Part shown: piece by piece, positions 26,179 through 39,562 of the stretch | Layout: each line of letters opens with the position of its first letter | How positions within the stretch are numbered: position 1 is the stretch's first letter | Assembly: GCA_963664465.2 (NCBI GenBank) | Contig: CAXXSU010000008.1 | Coordinates: forward strand, 2,070 to 66,069 | Direction: 5' to 3' | DNA: 64,000 bases | From: Alphaproteobacteria bacterium | Lineage (GTDB): Bacteria > Pseudomonadota > Alphaproteobacteria > UBA8366 > CAVOAK01 | Position numbers and translations under genes: made by a program | Notes under the pieces: generated by a model | Seen by the model: the letters and a program-made list of their open reading frames with translations, nothing else | Told to the model about the DNA's origin: nothing | The model's database searches: none

Positions 26179-28947
26179 TCAGTCGGCCGCGGCTCCCGCA
26201 TCTTCATCGGCTCCCGCATCTTCATCGGCACCATCGAGCTCATCAGCACCATTGTCATCCTCGCCCACATCGCTCAATCGACTGACCGAGGCGACCCGCT
26301 CTCCGCTTTCGACGTCGAACAAAGTGACGCCTTGAGTCCGGCGGCCGGCAATACGGATGTCGTGGACCGGTTCGCGGATCAGTTGCCCAGCATCGGTAAC
26401 CAGTACGATCTGATCGCTCGGCTCAACCGGGAATGCGGCAACGACGCTACCGTTACGCTCGCTCGTCTCTATGTTGACGATACCCCGGCCACCGCGTTTG
26501 GTAATTCGGTACTCGTAAGCTGAACTGCGCTTGCCATAGCCGTTTTCCGTCACCGTCAGGATAAACTGATCGCGCGCCGCCAGCTGATCAAACTCTTCCT
26601 GAGAGAGCCCTATCGCCTCGCCGCCTTCATCGGCTTGCTCGACCTCATCGGCCGCTTCATCTTCGCCCAACCGGCGTGACGCCGAGGCGGCCCGTAAGTA
26701 ACTATTGCGCACGTCGATGTCGATTGCTTCATGGCGCAGAATCGACATTGAAATCACGACGTCGTCCTTCGCCAGGTTCATACCGCGTACTCCGGTCGAA
26801 CCTCGGCCGCTGAACACGCGCACATCGGTCACACAAAACCTGATGCATTTGCCGCCGCGGGCGGCCAGCAGAACATCATCATCCCCGGTACAGGTGCAGA
26901 CGTTGACCAAGTGGTCGCCTTGAGAAAGTTTCATGGCGATCTTGCCGTTCGCCTTGATGTTGGTGAAGTCGGCAAGTTTGTTGCGGCGAACCGAACCGTG
27001 CAAGGTCGCGAACATGACGGTGAGCTCGTCCCAGCTCTCCTCATCTTCCGGCAGCGCCATGACCGTCGAGATCGCCTCATCCTCCTGCAGCGGCAAAAGA
27101 TTTACCATAGCCTTGCCACGCGCCTGTGGCGTCGCCTGTGGCAGGCGCCACGCTTTGAGCTGGTAAACCATGCCGCGCGTCGAAAAGAACAGAATTGGCG
27201 CATGCGTCGAGGCAACGAAGACGTTACTCACCACATCTTCCTCACGCGTTGCCATACCGGCGCGCCCTTTGCCGCCTCGTCGCTGAGCCCGATAGGTCGA
27301 TAGCGGAACGCGCTTGATGTAGCCGCGGTGGGTAACGGTGATAACCATGTCCTCGCGCTGGATAAGATCCTCGATATCGTGCTCGATTTCCGAATCGACG
27401 ATCTCGGTCCGACGTTCGTCGGCAAATTTTCCGCGCATCGATTGCAGTTCCGCGCGCATAACTTCGAACAGCTTCGGACGCGATTGAAGAATCTCCAAAT
27501 ACCCGGCAATCTGCTGCGCAAGGTCCTCCATTTCCTCACCGAGTTTATCGCGCTCCATGCCGGTCAGACGCTGCAGCCGGAGCTCTAATATCGCCCGAGC
27601 CTGCGCTTCGGATAGGCGGTACTGGCCCTCGACAACTTCGTGCCCGGGATCATCGAGCAGCCCAATAAATCTCGCCACGTCGCCAGCCGACCAATCGCGC
27701 GTTGTCAGTTGTTCGCGCGCCTCCGCTGGGTCTTTTGCTGCGCGGATCAGCTTGATGACCGGATCAAGATTGGTAATAGCAACCAGAAGGCCGACCAAAA
27801 CGTGAGCCCGGTCGCGTGCGCGCCGTAGTTCAAACACCGTCCGCCGGGTTATGACTTCTTCGCGGAATTCAACGAAGGCACTGATGATTTGCTGCAGGTT
27901 TACGGTCGACGGGCGTCCACCCGTCAGGGCCAGCATATTGACGCCAAAACTGGTCTGCAGTGGTGTCGAGCGATAGAGCTGAGCCAACACCACATCCGTC
28001 ATGGCGTCGCGTCTGAGTTCGATGACGACGCGAACTCCATCGCGGTCGGACTCATCCCTGAGGTCGGAGATCCCTTCGACGACCTTCTCGCGAACGACCT
28101 CGGCGATCCGTTCAACGAGGCGCGCCTTATTTACCTGATAAGGCAATTCAGTGACGATGATCGCTTCTCGATCGTTGCCGAGGCCTTCGATGGTTGTGCG
28201 GCTCCGCATCATCACCGAGCCACGACCGGTATGGTAGGCCGAAATTATGCCCGCCTGCCCCATGATCAGCGCCCCGGTCGGAAAATCGGGACCAGGCACG
28301 AACTCCATCAGTTCGTCGATGGTGATCTGGGGGTTGTCGATATAGGCGGCGCAGGCATCCAACACTTCGCCAAGATTATGCGGCGGAATATTGGTCGCCA
28401 TGCCGACCGCGATGCCGCCCGCTCCATTGACCAGCAAGTTGGGGTAACGTGCGGGAAGAACCGTGGGCTCTTCGTCCGTATCGTCGTAATTCACTTGATA
28501 ATCGACAGTTTCCTTGTCGATATCAGCGAGGAGCGCTTCCGCAGTCCTTGCAAGCCGCGCCTCGGTGTAGCGGAACGCCGCGGGCGGATCACCATCCATC
28601 GATCCAAAATTTCCTTGACCGTCGATCAGCGGCAATCGCATGGAAAAAAGTTGCGCCATGCGAACCAATGCGTCGTAGATCGCCTGGTCACCATGGGGAT
28701 GATATTTGCCCATTACTTCGCCGACGATCCGGGCGGATTTACGATATGCGTGCGCCGCGTCGTAGCCGCCCTCCTTCATCGCGTAGAGGATGCGGCGATG
28801 AACGGGTTTCAAGCCGTCGCGAATATCGGGCAAGGCACGGCTGACGATCACGCTCATGGCGTAATCGAGGTAGGAACGCTGCATCTCCTCCTCGATCGTC
28901 ACAGGTGCGATGTCGAAGGAATCAGGCGCAGAGGGTGTGTCGTTCAA
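26179..28947 (-). CDS. gyrA: DNA gyrase subunit A
   Basis: [39 protein letters not shown], the QRD region, beta-pinwheel C-terminal repeats and an acidic tail. 922 aa. Confidence 0.97.
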   Translation of the reverse strand: MNDTPSAPDSFDIAPVTIEEEMQRSYLDYAMSVIVSRALPDIRDGLKPVHRRILYAMKEGGYDAAHAYRKSARIVGEVMGKYHPHGDQAIYDALVRMAQLFSMRLPLIDGQGNFGSMDGDPPAAFRYTEARLARTAEALLADIDKETVDYQVNYDDTDEEPTVLPARYPNLLVNGAGGIAVGMATNIPPHNLGEVLDACAAYIDNPQITIDELMEFVPGPDFPTGALIMGQAGIISAYHTGRGSVMMRSRTTIEGLGNDREAIIVTELPYQVNKARLVERIAEVVREKVVEGISDLRDESDRDGVRVVIELRRDAMTDVVLAQLYRSTPLQTSFGVNMLALTGGRPSTVNLQQIISAFVEFREEVITRRTVFELRRARDRAHVLVGLLVAITNLDPVIKLIRAAKDPAEAREQLTTRDWSAGDVARFIGLLDDPGHEVVEGQYRLSEAQARAILELRLQRLTGMERDKLGEEMEDLAQQIAGYLEILQSRPKLFEVMRAELQSMRGKFADERRTEIVDSEIEHDIEDLIQREDMVITVTHRGYIKRVPLSTYRAQRRGGKGRAGMATREEDVVSNVFVASTHAPILFFSTRGMVYQLKAWRLPQATPQARGKAMVNLLPLQEDEAISTVMALPEDEESWDELTVMFATLHGSVRRNKLADFTNIKANGKIAMKLSQGDHLVNVCTCTGDDDVLLAARGGKCIRFCVTDVRVFSGRGSTGVRGMNLAKDDVVISMSILRHEAIDIDVRNSYLRAASASRRLGEDEAADEVEQADEGGEAIGLSQEEFDQLAARDQFILTVTENGYGKRSSAYEYRITKRGGRGIVNIETSERNGSVVAAFPVEPSDQIVLVTDAGQLIREPVHDIRIAGRRTQGVTLFDVESGERVASVSRLSDVGEDDNGADELDGADEDAGADEDAGAAAD

Positions 28948-29210
28948 GGTCTATCGGGGCTGTTTGTTGCCGGCAACGAATTGAGCGGTGCGACAGAGGC
29001 GCAGACCGTCATACTACAATTTACTGAATCCACAAAATCTAGCTGATTCGGGGCAACATAACAACAAAATAAGGTAGAATCGCCGGTTGAACGCGCCGTC
29101 CTAAACTAGCCCGAATTCTGGGCTCATTTGATCAATTTTTTAGGCGCGGCGAGCCCCTCCTGACAGAGGCCGCTGCTCCCTCATCGAAGCTCGATCACGC
29201 CGGCGCGACG

Positions 29211-29678
29211 TTAGAACGGAATTTCATCATCCAGGTCCGAGTCGGCGCCTGCCATTTCGGTCTCGCCGCCGCCTCCAGAAGACTCCGCAGCGGGCGGTGA
29301 ATCGTATGACGACCCGCCGCCCTCACCCCGTGAATCGAGCATTTGCAGCTCGCCCCGAAACCTGTTGAGCACGATCTCTGTCGAATATTTTTCCTGGTTC
29401 TGGTTGTCGGTCCACTTGCGGGTCTGGAGCTGGCCCTCGACATACAGCTTGGATCCCTTGTGCAGGAAGCGCTCCGCGACATCGATCAATCGTTCATTGA
29501 ATATCACAACCGAATGCCATTCGGTACGCTCCTGCATTTCGCCAGAATTTCGGTCACGCCAGCGCTCGTTGGTCGCCATCCGCAAATTAACTACCTTATT
29601 TCCGTTCTGCATCGTCCGAACTTCGGGGTCGCGGCCCACATTGCCGACAAGAATTACCTTGTTGATCGAGCCTGCCAT
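29211..29678 (-). CDS. ssb: single-stranded DNA-binding protein
   Basis: MAGSINKVILVGNVGRDPEVR OB fold, a Gly-rich linker and the C-terminal DLDDEIPF tip. Confidence 0.95.
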   Translation of the reverse strand: MAGSINKVILVGNVGRDPEVRTMQNGNKVVNLRMATNERWRDRNSGEMQERTEWHSVVIFNERLIDVAERFLHKGSKLYVEGQLQTRKWTDNQNQEKYSTEIVLNRFRGELQMLDSRGEGGGSSYDSPPAAESSGGGGETEMAGADSDLDDEIPF

Positions 29679-29826
29679 CGTCTGACCCCTTTTTCGGTTG
29701 AATGGAGGGGCACTCTACACGCCTCTTGGTCGGTTGCAAGCGCTCACGGATGACTTAGTTGGAATAGCATGGGTTCAACCGTCATCACGGCAATTGAATG
29801 ACCTGTACGGGAAGGGATTGAGCGCT

Positions 29827-30303
29827 ATGAAACTCGAGGGATCTTGTCATTGTGGGGCGGTGAGCTTCTCCGTCGACTCGAAAACACCCTATCCTTACGA
29901 CCGCTGTTATTGCTCGATTTGCCGGAAGACCGCCGGCAGCGGCGGCTATGCGGTCAACGTTATGGGCGAGGCGAATTCGCTTGTCGTGAAGGGAGAGGAG
30001 AATATTCAAGTATACCAAGCCAAGGTGGAGGGCGAACCGAGCCCGGGGAAACGGCATTTCTGCCGGCATTGCGGCAGCTACATGTTTGTAACCGACGCGC
30101 GCTGGCCCGACCTCGTGCACCCATTTGCCGCGGCGATCGATACACCCCTCCCGACACCGCCAATGCTTCAGCACATCATGCTGGGCTCCAAAGCCGCTTG
30201 GGTCGAGCCGTCGGCCGGCCCCGATGACGCCCAATTCGAGCGCTATCCGGAGTTGTCGATCGAGGAGTGGCATGACGCGAACGTTCGCGGTGACGGCAGC
30301 TGA
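29827..30303 (+). CDS. GFA (glutathione-dependent formaldehyde-activating / CENP-V-like) family protein
   Basis: MKLEGSCHCGAVSF..CYCSICRK..FCRHCGS zinc-binding Cys pattern. 158 aa. Confidence 0.8.
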   Translation: MKLEGSCHCGAVSFSVDSKTPYPYDRCYCSICRKTAGSGGYAVNVMGEANSLVVKGEENIQVYQAKVEGEPSPGKRHFCRHCGSYMFVTDARWPDLVHPFAAAIDTPLPTPPMLQHIMLGSKAAWVEPSAGPDDAQFERYPELSIEEWHDANVRGDGS

Positions 30304-30419
30304 GCGAACACATCGATTTTGCCCAATTCTCGCGAACGGCGGGGGGAACGGAGTCGCATTGCTGGACCTTCGACTCTATAGTCGCTCGCTCGCATGCAGC
30401 CCGCATCATCGGATAATCG

Positions 30420-33281
<2,862 letters not shown>

Positions 33282-33415
33282 GATGAGTTCGTTCGTTTGG
33301 CACCGCATTTGCCGAAAAAGGGCGGCTTTTTTCCGTAGGGAGGCAACGATGGCGGAAAAATTTGACGCAATCATCATTGGGACAGGTCAATCCGGTCCCG
33401 CGTTGGCGGCCCGGC

Positions 33416-33717
33416 TGACCAAAGAGGGCATGAAAGCGGCAATCGTCGAGCGAAAGTTGTTTGGCGGCACCTGCGTAAATGTCGGCTGCATTCCAACCAA
33501 AACCCTGGTGGCAAGCGCGCGCGCTGCCTATATGGCCTTCACGTCGCCGGCCACAACCTATCGTTGCGCCGCGGCGCGGACTTGACCAAAGAGGGCATGA
33601 AAGCGGCAATCGTCGAGCGAAAGTTGTTTGGCGGCACCTGCGTAAATGTCGGCTGCATTCCAACCAAAACCCTGGTGGCAAGCGCGCGCGCTGCCTATAT
33701 GGCCCGCCGCGGCGCGG
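33416..33717 (+). repeat. 135-nt direct tandem duplication inside the oxidoreductase gene, copy 1 interrupted by a 29-nt insert
   Basis: 33416-33537 is identical to 33583-33704 (122 nt) by eye. The next 13 nt, cgccgcggcgcgg, also occur twice (33567-33579 and 33705-33717). In copy 1 the two blocks are separated by ttcacgtcgccggccacaacctatcgttg, and a 3-nt junction act joins the copies. Confidence 0.9.
33537..33567 (+). other. 31-nt stretch identical to the interior of the degenerate IS5/IS1182-type transposase gene (3438-3468)
   Basis: cttcacgtcgccggccacaacctatcgttgc is present at both places. The flanking bases differ on both sides. In the IS it encodes the conserved LHVAGHNLSLL segment and is not an IS terminus. 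Confidence 0.9.
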
Positions 33718-34872
33718 CCGTCGTCATCGACGGCACCATCGGCGTCGATATGAAACAGGTCAAAGCCCGCAAGGATGGCATCGTCAAACAGTCGAATAAC
33801 GGGGTGACGAATTGGCTCAAATCGATGGATAATCTGACCGTCTACGAGGGTCACGGCCGATTCGAAAGCGCCAATTCCGTCAGCGTGAACGGCGATCTTC
33901 TGGAAGCGGATAAAATCATCCTCAATGTCGGCGGTCGGGCGTCCGTCCCCGACATGCCGGGCATCGACGACATCAACTACCTGACCAACTCAAACATCAT
34001 GGATGTCGACTTCCTGCCCGACCACCTAGTGGTGATCGGCGGCAGTTATATCGGGCTCGAATTTGCGCAGATGTACCGCCGCTTTGGCAGCCGCGTTACC
34101 GTCGTGCAGCGCGGTGACCGGCTGATCCCGCGCGACGATGAGGACATCTCGGGCGCTGTCAGAGAGATTGTCGAGGCCGAGGGCGTCGACGTGCGCCTCG
34201 AGGCCGAATGTACGGCGGTCGAGAAGCGCGGCGACGGCTTTGCCGTCAAGCTCAGCTGTGGCGAAGGGCCGGAGGAAGTTGAGGGCACGCACCTGCTGCT
34301 TGCCGTCGGCCGCAGCCCCAATACGGACGATTTGGGGCTCGAAATGGCCGGTGTCGAAACGGACAAACGGGGATACATCGTCGTTGACGACGAGCTGCGT
34401 ACGAATGTGCCCCATATTTGGGCGATGGGAGACGCCAACGGCCGCGGCGCCTTTACACATACCTCCTACAACGACTACGAAATTCTCGCTGCGAACCTGT
34501 TTGACAACGACCCGCGCCGCGTTTCGGAGCGCATCACTGCCTATGGTCTCTTCATCGACCCGCCGCTCGGCCGCGTCGGCCTGACGGAACGCGAAGTTCG
34601 TGCTTCAGGGCGTAGCGCGCTGATCGGAAAAATGCCAATGGCCAGCGTTGGCAGAGCGCGAGAACGCAGCGAGACACAAGGATTCATGAAGGTCTTGATT
34701 GATGTCGAAACCGAGCGCTTTCTCGGGGCGGCTATTTTGGGCATCGGCGGCGATGAAATCGTCCATTCCATACTCGACGCGATGTATGCCGATGCGCCCT
34801 ATACGGTGATCCAGCGCGCCACGCATATCCATCCGACGGTTGCGGAATTGATCCCGACCATGCTGGGCAACC

Positions 34873-35754
34873 TCAAACCCCTGGCATAGCGAGCAGCGCT
34901 CCGCGATAGGCGAGCTGCCGCGCGCCGACATCGAACGCCATCAAGTCCTCGCCAATCACGACCGGACCGGCAAAATCATTGCGCACCTCGGCAAGGAGCG
35001 CTTCCTTGTCGAATCGCGGTGGCGCGAAATGCGTCAGCACCAAGCATTTTGCATCGGCCTCGCGCGCTACCTTGCCAACGACATCCGACAATGTGTGATA
35101 GGAGGCAACATTGCTGATGGTTTCTTCGCTGCGGTAGCCGGCGACCGGCTTCATCTCTCGGTGGATAAAGACCTCATGTAGCAGCAAGTCAGCGCCTTGC
35201 GCGGCCTCAATCAATGCGGGGCAGTAGGTCGTGTCGCCACTGACGGCAAGTTTTGAGCGGCCGTCACCGAAAATGAAGCCGTATGCGTGCTTTACCGGTT
35301 CGTGCCTCACTTCGACCGAATGCACCACAAGCTCGCCGAGCCGCAGAACTTCCCCTTCGCCAAATTCGCTGACCTCAATTTCAAGCGCCTTCGTAGACGG
35401 GCGTTTCTCGTGGGCAATCCGTTGCTCCAACTCGGGCTTCCACAGCGCCATCAACCCGTCGACATAGCGCTTGGTGCCAGGCGGACCGAAGATCCGCTGC
35501 GGGCGGTCACGGGCCTGATGCCAACTTGAGATTACCAACTGGAAAAGGTCGACGATGTGGTCAGAGTGGAGATGAGTGAGCAGCACCGCGTCGATATCGC
35601 GGCCGGGACATCCGGCTTCGAGCAACCGCTGCGTCACGCCGGATCCGCAATCGACGAGCACGCGCGCCTCCTCGCCGACGCGGACAAGCGCCGAAGGACC
35701 GTAGCGCTCCATATCGACGCTGGGACAACCCGTGCCCAATAACGTCAGGTGCAT
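34873..35754 (-). CDS. MBL-fold metallo-hydrolase (RNase Z / beta-lactamase-like)
   Basis: MHLTLLGTGCP.., LLTHLHSDHIVD (HxHxDH motif). Start placed at ATG 35754 (gaggcaggaa SD). The 3' end overlaps the convergent oxidoreductase ORF by 17 nt. Confidence 0.75.
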   Translation of the reverse strand: MHLTLLGTGCPSVDMERYGPSALVRVGEEARVLVDCGSGVTQRLLEAGCPGRDIDAVLLTHLHSDHIVDLFQLVISSWHQARDRPQRIFGPPGTKRYVDGLMALWKPELEQRIAHEKRPSTKALEIEVSEFGEGEVLRLGELVVHSVEVRHEPVKHAYGFIFGDGRSKLAVSGDTTYCPALIEAAQGADLLLHEVFIHREMKPVAGYRSEETISNVASYHTLSDVVGKVAREADAKCLVLTHFAPPRFDKEALLAEVRNDFAGPVVIGEDLMAFDVGARQLAYRGALLAMPGV

Positions 35755-35856
35755 TTCCTGCCTCACCACTTCACATGCCGTCACACAGGTTCGGCAAAAG
35801 CCGACGCAGCATGGTAGGCTTTGTGTTTCCGAAAGCGAAGCAAAGGTGGCAGCAGA

Positions 35857-36348
35857 ATGGACAAATTCATGATCGAGGCGATCGTCGAAGCAAAAGCTGG
35901 CATGGCCGAGGGAAATTCGCCGATCGGATCGGTATTTGTAAAGGATGGCGAGATCTTAGGCCGCGGCCGGAATACTTTGATGCGGACCAGCGATCCCACC
36001 GCGCATGCCGAGATGGAAGCCTACCGGGATGCGGCACAATACATCGCCAAGAGCTGCAAACCCGAAGACGTGCAGAACGTGCTGGCGGGCGGCATTATTT
36101 ACACGACGATGATGCCGTGTCCAATGTGCGCCGGAGCGATCATTCGCTTCGGTGCGAAAGCCGTTGTTGTCGCCGAAACACGGTCCTATGCGGACTCGGG
36201 GACGCAACCACTTATGGAACGGCAAGGTATCGATGTGACGGTGCTCGAGGCACCGGAAAGCATCGCAATGATGGAAGAGTATTTCGGACAAAACCCCGAA
36301 CGCCGCCAAGCCTACAACAGTGGTCCGCGACTGCCGCTCAAACTCTGA
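35857..36348 (+). CDS. nucleoside/nucleobase deaminase (CMP/dCMP-type zinc deaminase family)
   Basis: HAEMEA .. PCPMCAGA zinc-binding motifs. About 163 aa from ATG 35857. Confidence 0.8.
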   Translation: MDKFMIEAIVEAKAGMAEGNSPIGSVFVKDGEILGRGRNTLMRTSDPTAHAEMEAYRDAAQYIAKSCKPEDVQNVLAGGIIYTTMMPCPMCAGAIIRFGAKAVVVAETRSYADSGTQPLMERQGIDVTVLEAPESIAMMEEYFGQNPERRQAYNSGPRLPLKL

Positions 36349-36418
36349 GCTCAGAGCATCGACATTTCCCTCGGGCCAGCTATGGACGTTGATCCAATAC
36401 GCACCACATATAGCGCCA

Positions 36419-37633
36419 ATGACGACATCTCTCTCAAGACACAACGACGCCGAAGCCCTCGCCGCCGTTAGCTTCGAGTCCGCATACGATTGGCTGCTGG
36501 ATGAAGCCTGGCGGCTGCCCGATCTGACGTCGATCTTGGACGGGCTGTGCCAGCGCATCGAGGCGGACGGGCTGCCGCTGCTGCGCACAAGCATGACAGT
36601 CGGTACGCTGCATCCGCAGATTTCCGGATATTACGTCGTTAAATGGCGCGGCAAGGACGCCACTGAACAAAACGGTCCACACGGCATGCAGGACATGAGC
36701 ATGTTTCAGCAAAGTCCGCAGCGCGCCGTCTATGAGGAAGGCGTTTCCGTGCGTATTGCGCTCGACGATCCGAACGACATGCCCGCATATCCCATTGCCC
36801 AAGAGATTGCCGAGGCCGGTGGCACCGACTATCTCGCAATGCCGCTCGAATTCTCGGGCGGCGAGCGCACCGCGATATCGTTCGCGACCGACCGTCCAGG
36901 CGGGTTCTCCAGCGCCGAAACGCTGGAGCTCTATCGTGTCGTGTCGATCACCTCACGCTTGTTGGAAGTAAAGGCGCTGCGCCGGACAACGGCCAACTTG
37001 CTCGACACCTACATCGGCCACATCGCCGGACAGCGCGTCCTCGACGGCGAAGTACAACGAGGCCACGGCCAGACCATTCCCGCCGTGCTCTGGTATTGCG
37101 ACCTGCGGCAGTCGACAGCGCTCTCCGACTCGACAGCACGCGACGAAATGATTGAAACACTGAACGACTTCTTTCAATGCCTCGCCGATGCGGTTGAAGA
37201 GGCGGGTGGCGAAATTCTCAAATTCATCGGCGATGCGATGCTGGCGATCTTTCCATTATCCCATCAAGCAAATGTCGCAAGCGCCGAATGCGAAGTCGCG
37301 CTTGCCGCGGCAGAACAGGCCATCGCCAACGTCGCCGAACTCAACATAAAACGCGCCGACGATGGAAAACCGCCGCTTTCCCAAGGCATTGCGCTCCATG
37401 TCGGTGACGTCATGTTCGGCAACATCGGCGCCGAAAAACGACTCGATTTCACGGTCATTGGTCCCGCGGTCAACACCGTTGCGCGGCTCGAAAAACTGTC
37501 CTCTGACCTGGACAAGTCGCTGGTCTTTTCAAGCGCTTTCGCGCGCCATACGCAACGTGAAATCGAGGATCTCGGAACTCACAATCTGCGCGGCATCGAG
37601 GAACCGGTGAAGGTCTACACCTTGCGTCGCTGA
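36419..37633 (+). CDS. adenylate/guanylate cyclase domain protein (class III) with an uncharacterised N-terminal domain
   Basis: C-terminal AVLWYCDLRQSTALSD..GGEILKFIGDAMLAIF..GIALHVGDVMFGNIGA..DFTVIGPAVNTVARLE cyclase core. The start at ATG 36419 is uncertain. Confidence 0.8.
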   Translation: MTTSLSRHNDAEALAAVSFESAYDWLLDEAWRLPDLTSILDGLCQRIEADGLPLLRTSMTVGTLHPQISGYYVVKWRGKDATEQNGPHGMQDMSMFQQSPQRAVYEEGVSVRIALDDPNDMPAYPIAQEIAEAGGTDYLAMPLEFSGGERTAISFATDRPGGFSSAETLELYRVVSITSRLLEVKALRRTTANLLDTYIGHIAGQRVLDGEVQRGHGQTIPAVLWYCDLRQSTALSDSTARDEMIETLNDFFQCLADAVEEAGGEILKFIGDAMLAIFPLSHQANVASAECEVALAAAEQAIANVAELNIKRADDGKPPLSQGIALHVGDVMFGNIGAEKRLDFTVIGPAVNTVARLEKLSSDLDKSLVFSSAFARHTQREIEDLGTHNLRGIEEPVKVYTLRR

Positions 37634-37723
37634 CGACGATGCCGCTCGACGTCGAATAAGCGTTCGCGCTGAATTGATGTGCGCGCGCTTGCTTGGACCA
37701 TCCATTCCTGATGTCATGGCGCC

Positions 37724-39100
37724 ATGAGCGACACGACATTGGAGCCGATCCATATCATTGGCGGTGGTCTCGCGGGATCCGAGGCCGCGTGGCAGATCGC
37801 GCAGGTTGGGGTGCCAGTCATCCTGCACGAAATGCGACCATTGCAACGCACCGACGCACACCTGAGCGACGGACTGGCAGAGCTGGTTTGCTCCAATTCG
37901 TTCCGTTCTGACGATGCGGCATACAATGCGGTGGGCCTGTTGCACGAGGAAATGCGGCAATGCGGCTCGCTGATCATCGCCTGTGGCGACCGCAACAGGG
38001 TACCCGCGGGCAGCGCGCTTGCGGTCGACCGCGAGGGATTCAGTGCCTGCGTAACCGAGGCCCTGACAGCCGACACCCGCGTCACAATCGAGCGCGGCGA
38101 AGTCGCCGGCCTGCCGCCCGATGATTGGGACCAGGTGATCGTCGCCACCGGCCCCCTCACCTCACCGTCTCTCAGCAACGGCATCCTCAGTCTCACGGGC
38201 CAGGATTCACTCGCCTTCTTCGACGCCATCGCGCCGATCGTCCATCGGGACTCGATCGATTTTTCAAAGGCCTGGTACCAGTCGCGCTACGACAAAGCCG
38301 GACCGGGCGGCGACGGCAAGGACTATATCAACTGTCCGCTGGATCAGGTTCAGTACGAGTCGCTGATTGCCGCCCTGCTCGACGGCGAGAAGACTGAGTT
38401 TAAGCAATGGGAGATCGAGACGCCGTATTTCGAGGGTTGCCTGCCGCTCGAAGTCATGGCTGAGCGCGGTCCGGACACACCGCGATTCGGGCCAATGAAA
38501 CCGGTCGGACTAACCGATCCGAACACCGGGAAGCGTCCCCACGCCGTTGTCCAACTGCGCCAGGACAACGCGCTTGGCACGCTCTACAACATGGTGGGTT
38601 GCCAAACCAAACTGACATACGGCGAACAGTTGCGCATCTTCCGCATGATCCCGGGATTGGAGCAGGCTGAGTTCGCACGGTTGGGCGGGCTTCACCGCAA
38701 CACATTTCTCAACAGCCCGCAGCTCCTTGATGGACACCTTCGCATGCGGGCTGATCCACGGCTGCGTTTTGCTGGTCAAATCACAGGTGTTGAGGGCTAC
38801 GTCGAGTCCGCTGCGATTGGATTGATTGCCGGCCGATTTGCGGCTGCAGAGCGGACGGGCGTCCCGGTCGACCTGCCACCGCCGACGACGGCGATGGGTG
38901 CACTTCTCGTCCACATCACCGGCGGCGCAGAATCCACCACTTTCCAGCCGATGAACGTCAACTTCGGATTATTTCCACCACTGACCGCACCGGAACGTGG
39001 CCGCCCACCAAAAGGCCGCGAGCGCAAAGCTGCATTATCGGCGCGCGCGTTGGCTGACCTCGAGCGTTGGCTCGGGCCGGCGCGCGCGGCCGCCGAATAG
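37724..39100 (+). CDS. trmFO: methylenetetrahydrofolate--tRNA-(uracil54-C5)-methyltransferase
   Basis: [22 protein letters not shown] motif, CSNSFRSDD, and the [14 protein letters not shown] block. 458 aa. Confidence 0.93.
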   Translation: MSDTTLEPIHIIGGGLAGSEAAWQIAQVGVPVILHEMRPLQRTDAHLSDGLAELVCSNSFRSDDAAYNAVGLLHEEMRQCGSLIIACGDRNRVPAGSALAVDREGFSACVTEALTADTRVTIERGEVAGLPPDDWDQVIVATGPLTSPSLSNGILSLTGQDSLAFFDAIAPIVHRDSIDFSKAWYQSRYDKAGPGGDGKDYINCPLDQVQYESLIAALLDGEKTEFKQWEIETPYFEGCLPLEVMAERGPDTPRFGPMKPVGLTDPNTGKRPHAVVQLRQDNALGTLYNMVGCQTKLTYGEQLRIFRMIPGLEQAEFARLGGLHRNTFLNSPQLLDGHLRMRADPRLRFAGQITGVEGYVESAAIGLIAGRFAAAERTGVPVDLPPPTTAMGALLVHITGGAESTTFQPMNVNFGLFPPLTAPERGRPPKGRERKAALSARALADLERWLGPARAAAE

Positions 39101-39112
39101 TGAGACGCCAGA

Positions 39113-39562
39113 ATGCAGACTACCCACTCAAGCCAGGTCAATTTGCCCGGGCAGGAGATTGAATATACGGTGCACGATCATTTGAGCCACCGAATTCGGG
39201 CGCTATCGCCGATCCGGTTCCTGCTTGCAGTCTTGGTTGTCTCCTTGCTCGTCGGACCGCTGCAGGCACAGCAGCGGCGGCTCCCCGATGACGAAGCAAT
39301 CTTAATAATGAACACCTCCGAACTGGCCGCGGCGGCAAAGAACTGCAATCTCGAATGGCAGCCCTATTTCGAAGCTTTCATGGCCTGGCAAGCCAGGCGA
39401 GGAATGTGGAATACCCAAGATGTCACCAGCATCGAGGGACTGTTCATGTTCGCCCAGAACAAATACATCGAACAGCTGCCGGACGATTACTGCACCGCGG
39501 AACAGATTTACACAATCGACGCGCTGACGGCAGAGCGCATCGGCGTCCTGGCGAAACAGTGA
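39113..39562 (+). CDS. hypothetical secreted protein, paralog 1 of a tandem pair
   Basis: Signal-peptide-like IRFLLAVLVVSLLVGPLQAQ, then C(N)LEWQPYF..FMAWQARR..W..DDYCT..LTAER. An alternative start is TTG 39182. No family recognised. Confidence 0.5.
   Translation: MQTTHSSQVNLPGQEIEYTVHDHLSHRIRALSPIRFLLAVLVVSLLVGPLQAQQRRLPDDEAILIMNTSELAAAAKNCNLEWQPYFEAFMAWQARRGMWNTQDVTSIEGLFMFAQNKYIEQLPDDYCTAEQIYTIDALTAERIGVLAKQ

Larger units (their letters stand above)
33349..34889 (+). pseudogene. class I pyridine nucleotide-disulfide oxidoreductase (FAD-containing, mercuric-reductase-like without the C-terminal Cys pair), disrupted by a 167-nt duplication/insertion
   Basis: ATG 33349 (gtagggagg SD) gives MAEKFDAIIIGTGQSGPALAARLTKEG..GGTCVNVGCIPTKTLVASARAAYMA and then hits a stop at 33583-33585. 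The sequence from TKEGMKAA.. to ..ARAAYMARRGAA is repeated, and the rest of the protein (441-aa ORF to 34889) continues in another frame. Confidence 0.85.

Noticed and set aside
26191-26226. Exact 18-bp tandem duplication (ggctcccgcatcttcatc x2) at the 3' end of gyrA.
   Set aside because: It is in-frame and simply lengthens the acidic GyrA tail (DEDAGA x2). This is a common slippage polymorphism in low-complexity tails and is not a separate element.
27889-29046. 385-aa plus-strand ORF, together with other long ORFs such as 26911-27303.
   Set aside because: It lies entirely antisense to gyrA, whose identity is unambiguous. Its composition is Arg/Gly/His-rich with no motifs. This is a typical shadow ORF in high-GC DNA.
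30334-30349. GAAC-N8-GAAC upstream of uvrA as an alphaproteobacterial LexA (SOS) box.
   Set aside because: The consensus I know is GAAC-N7-GAAC (GTTC-N7-GTTC), and this spacing is one base too long. I found no properly spaced box upstream of ssb or uvrA, so no SOS box is called.
33300-33335. Possible uvrA terminator (gccg-aaaaaggg-cggc followed by tttttt).
   Set aside because: The stem is only 4 bp, which is too weak to call despite the T-run.
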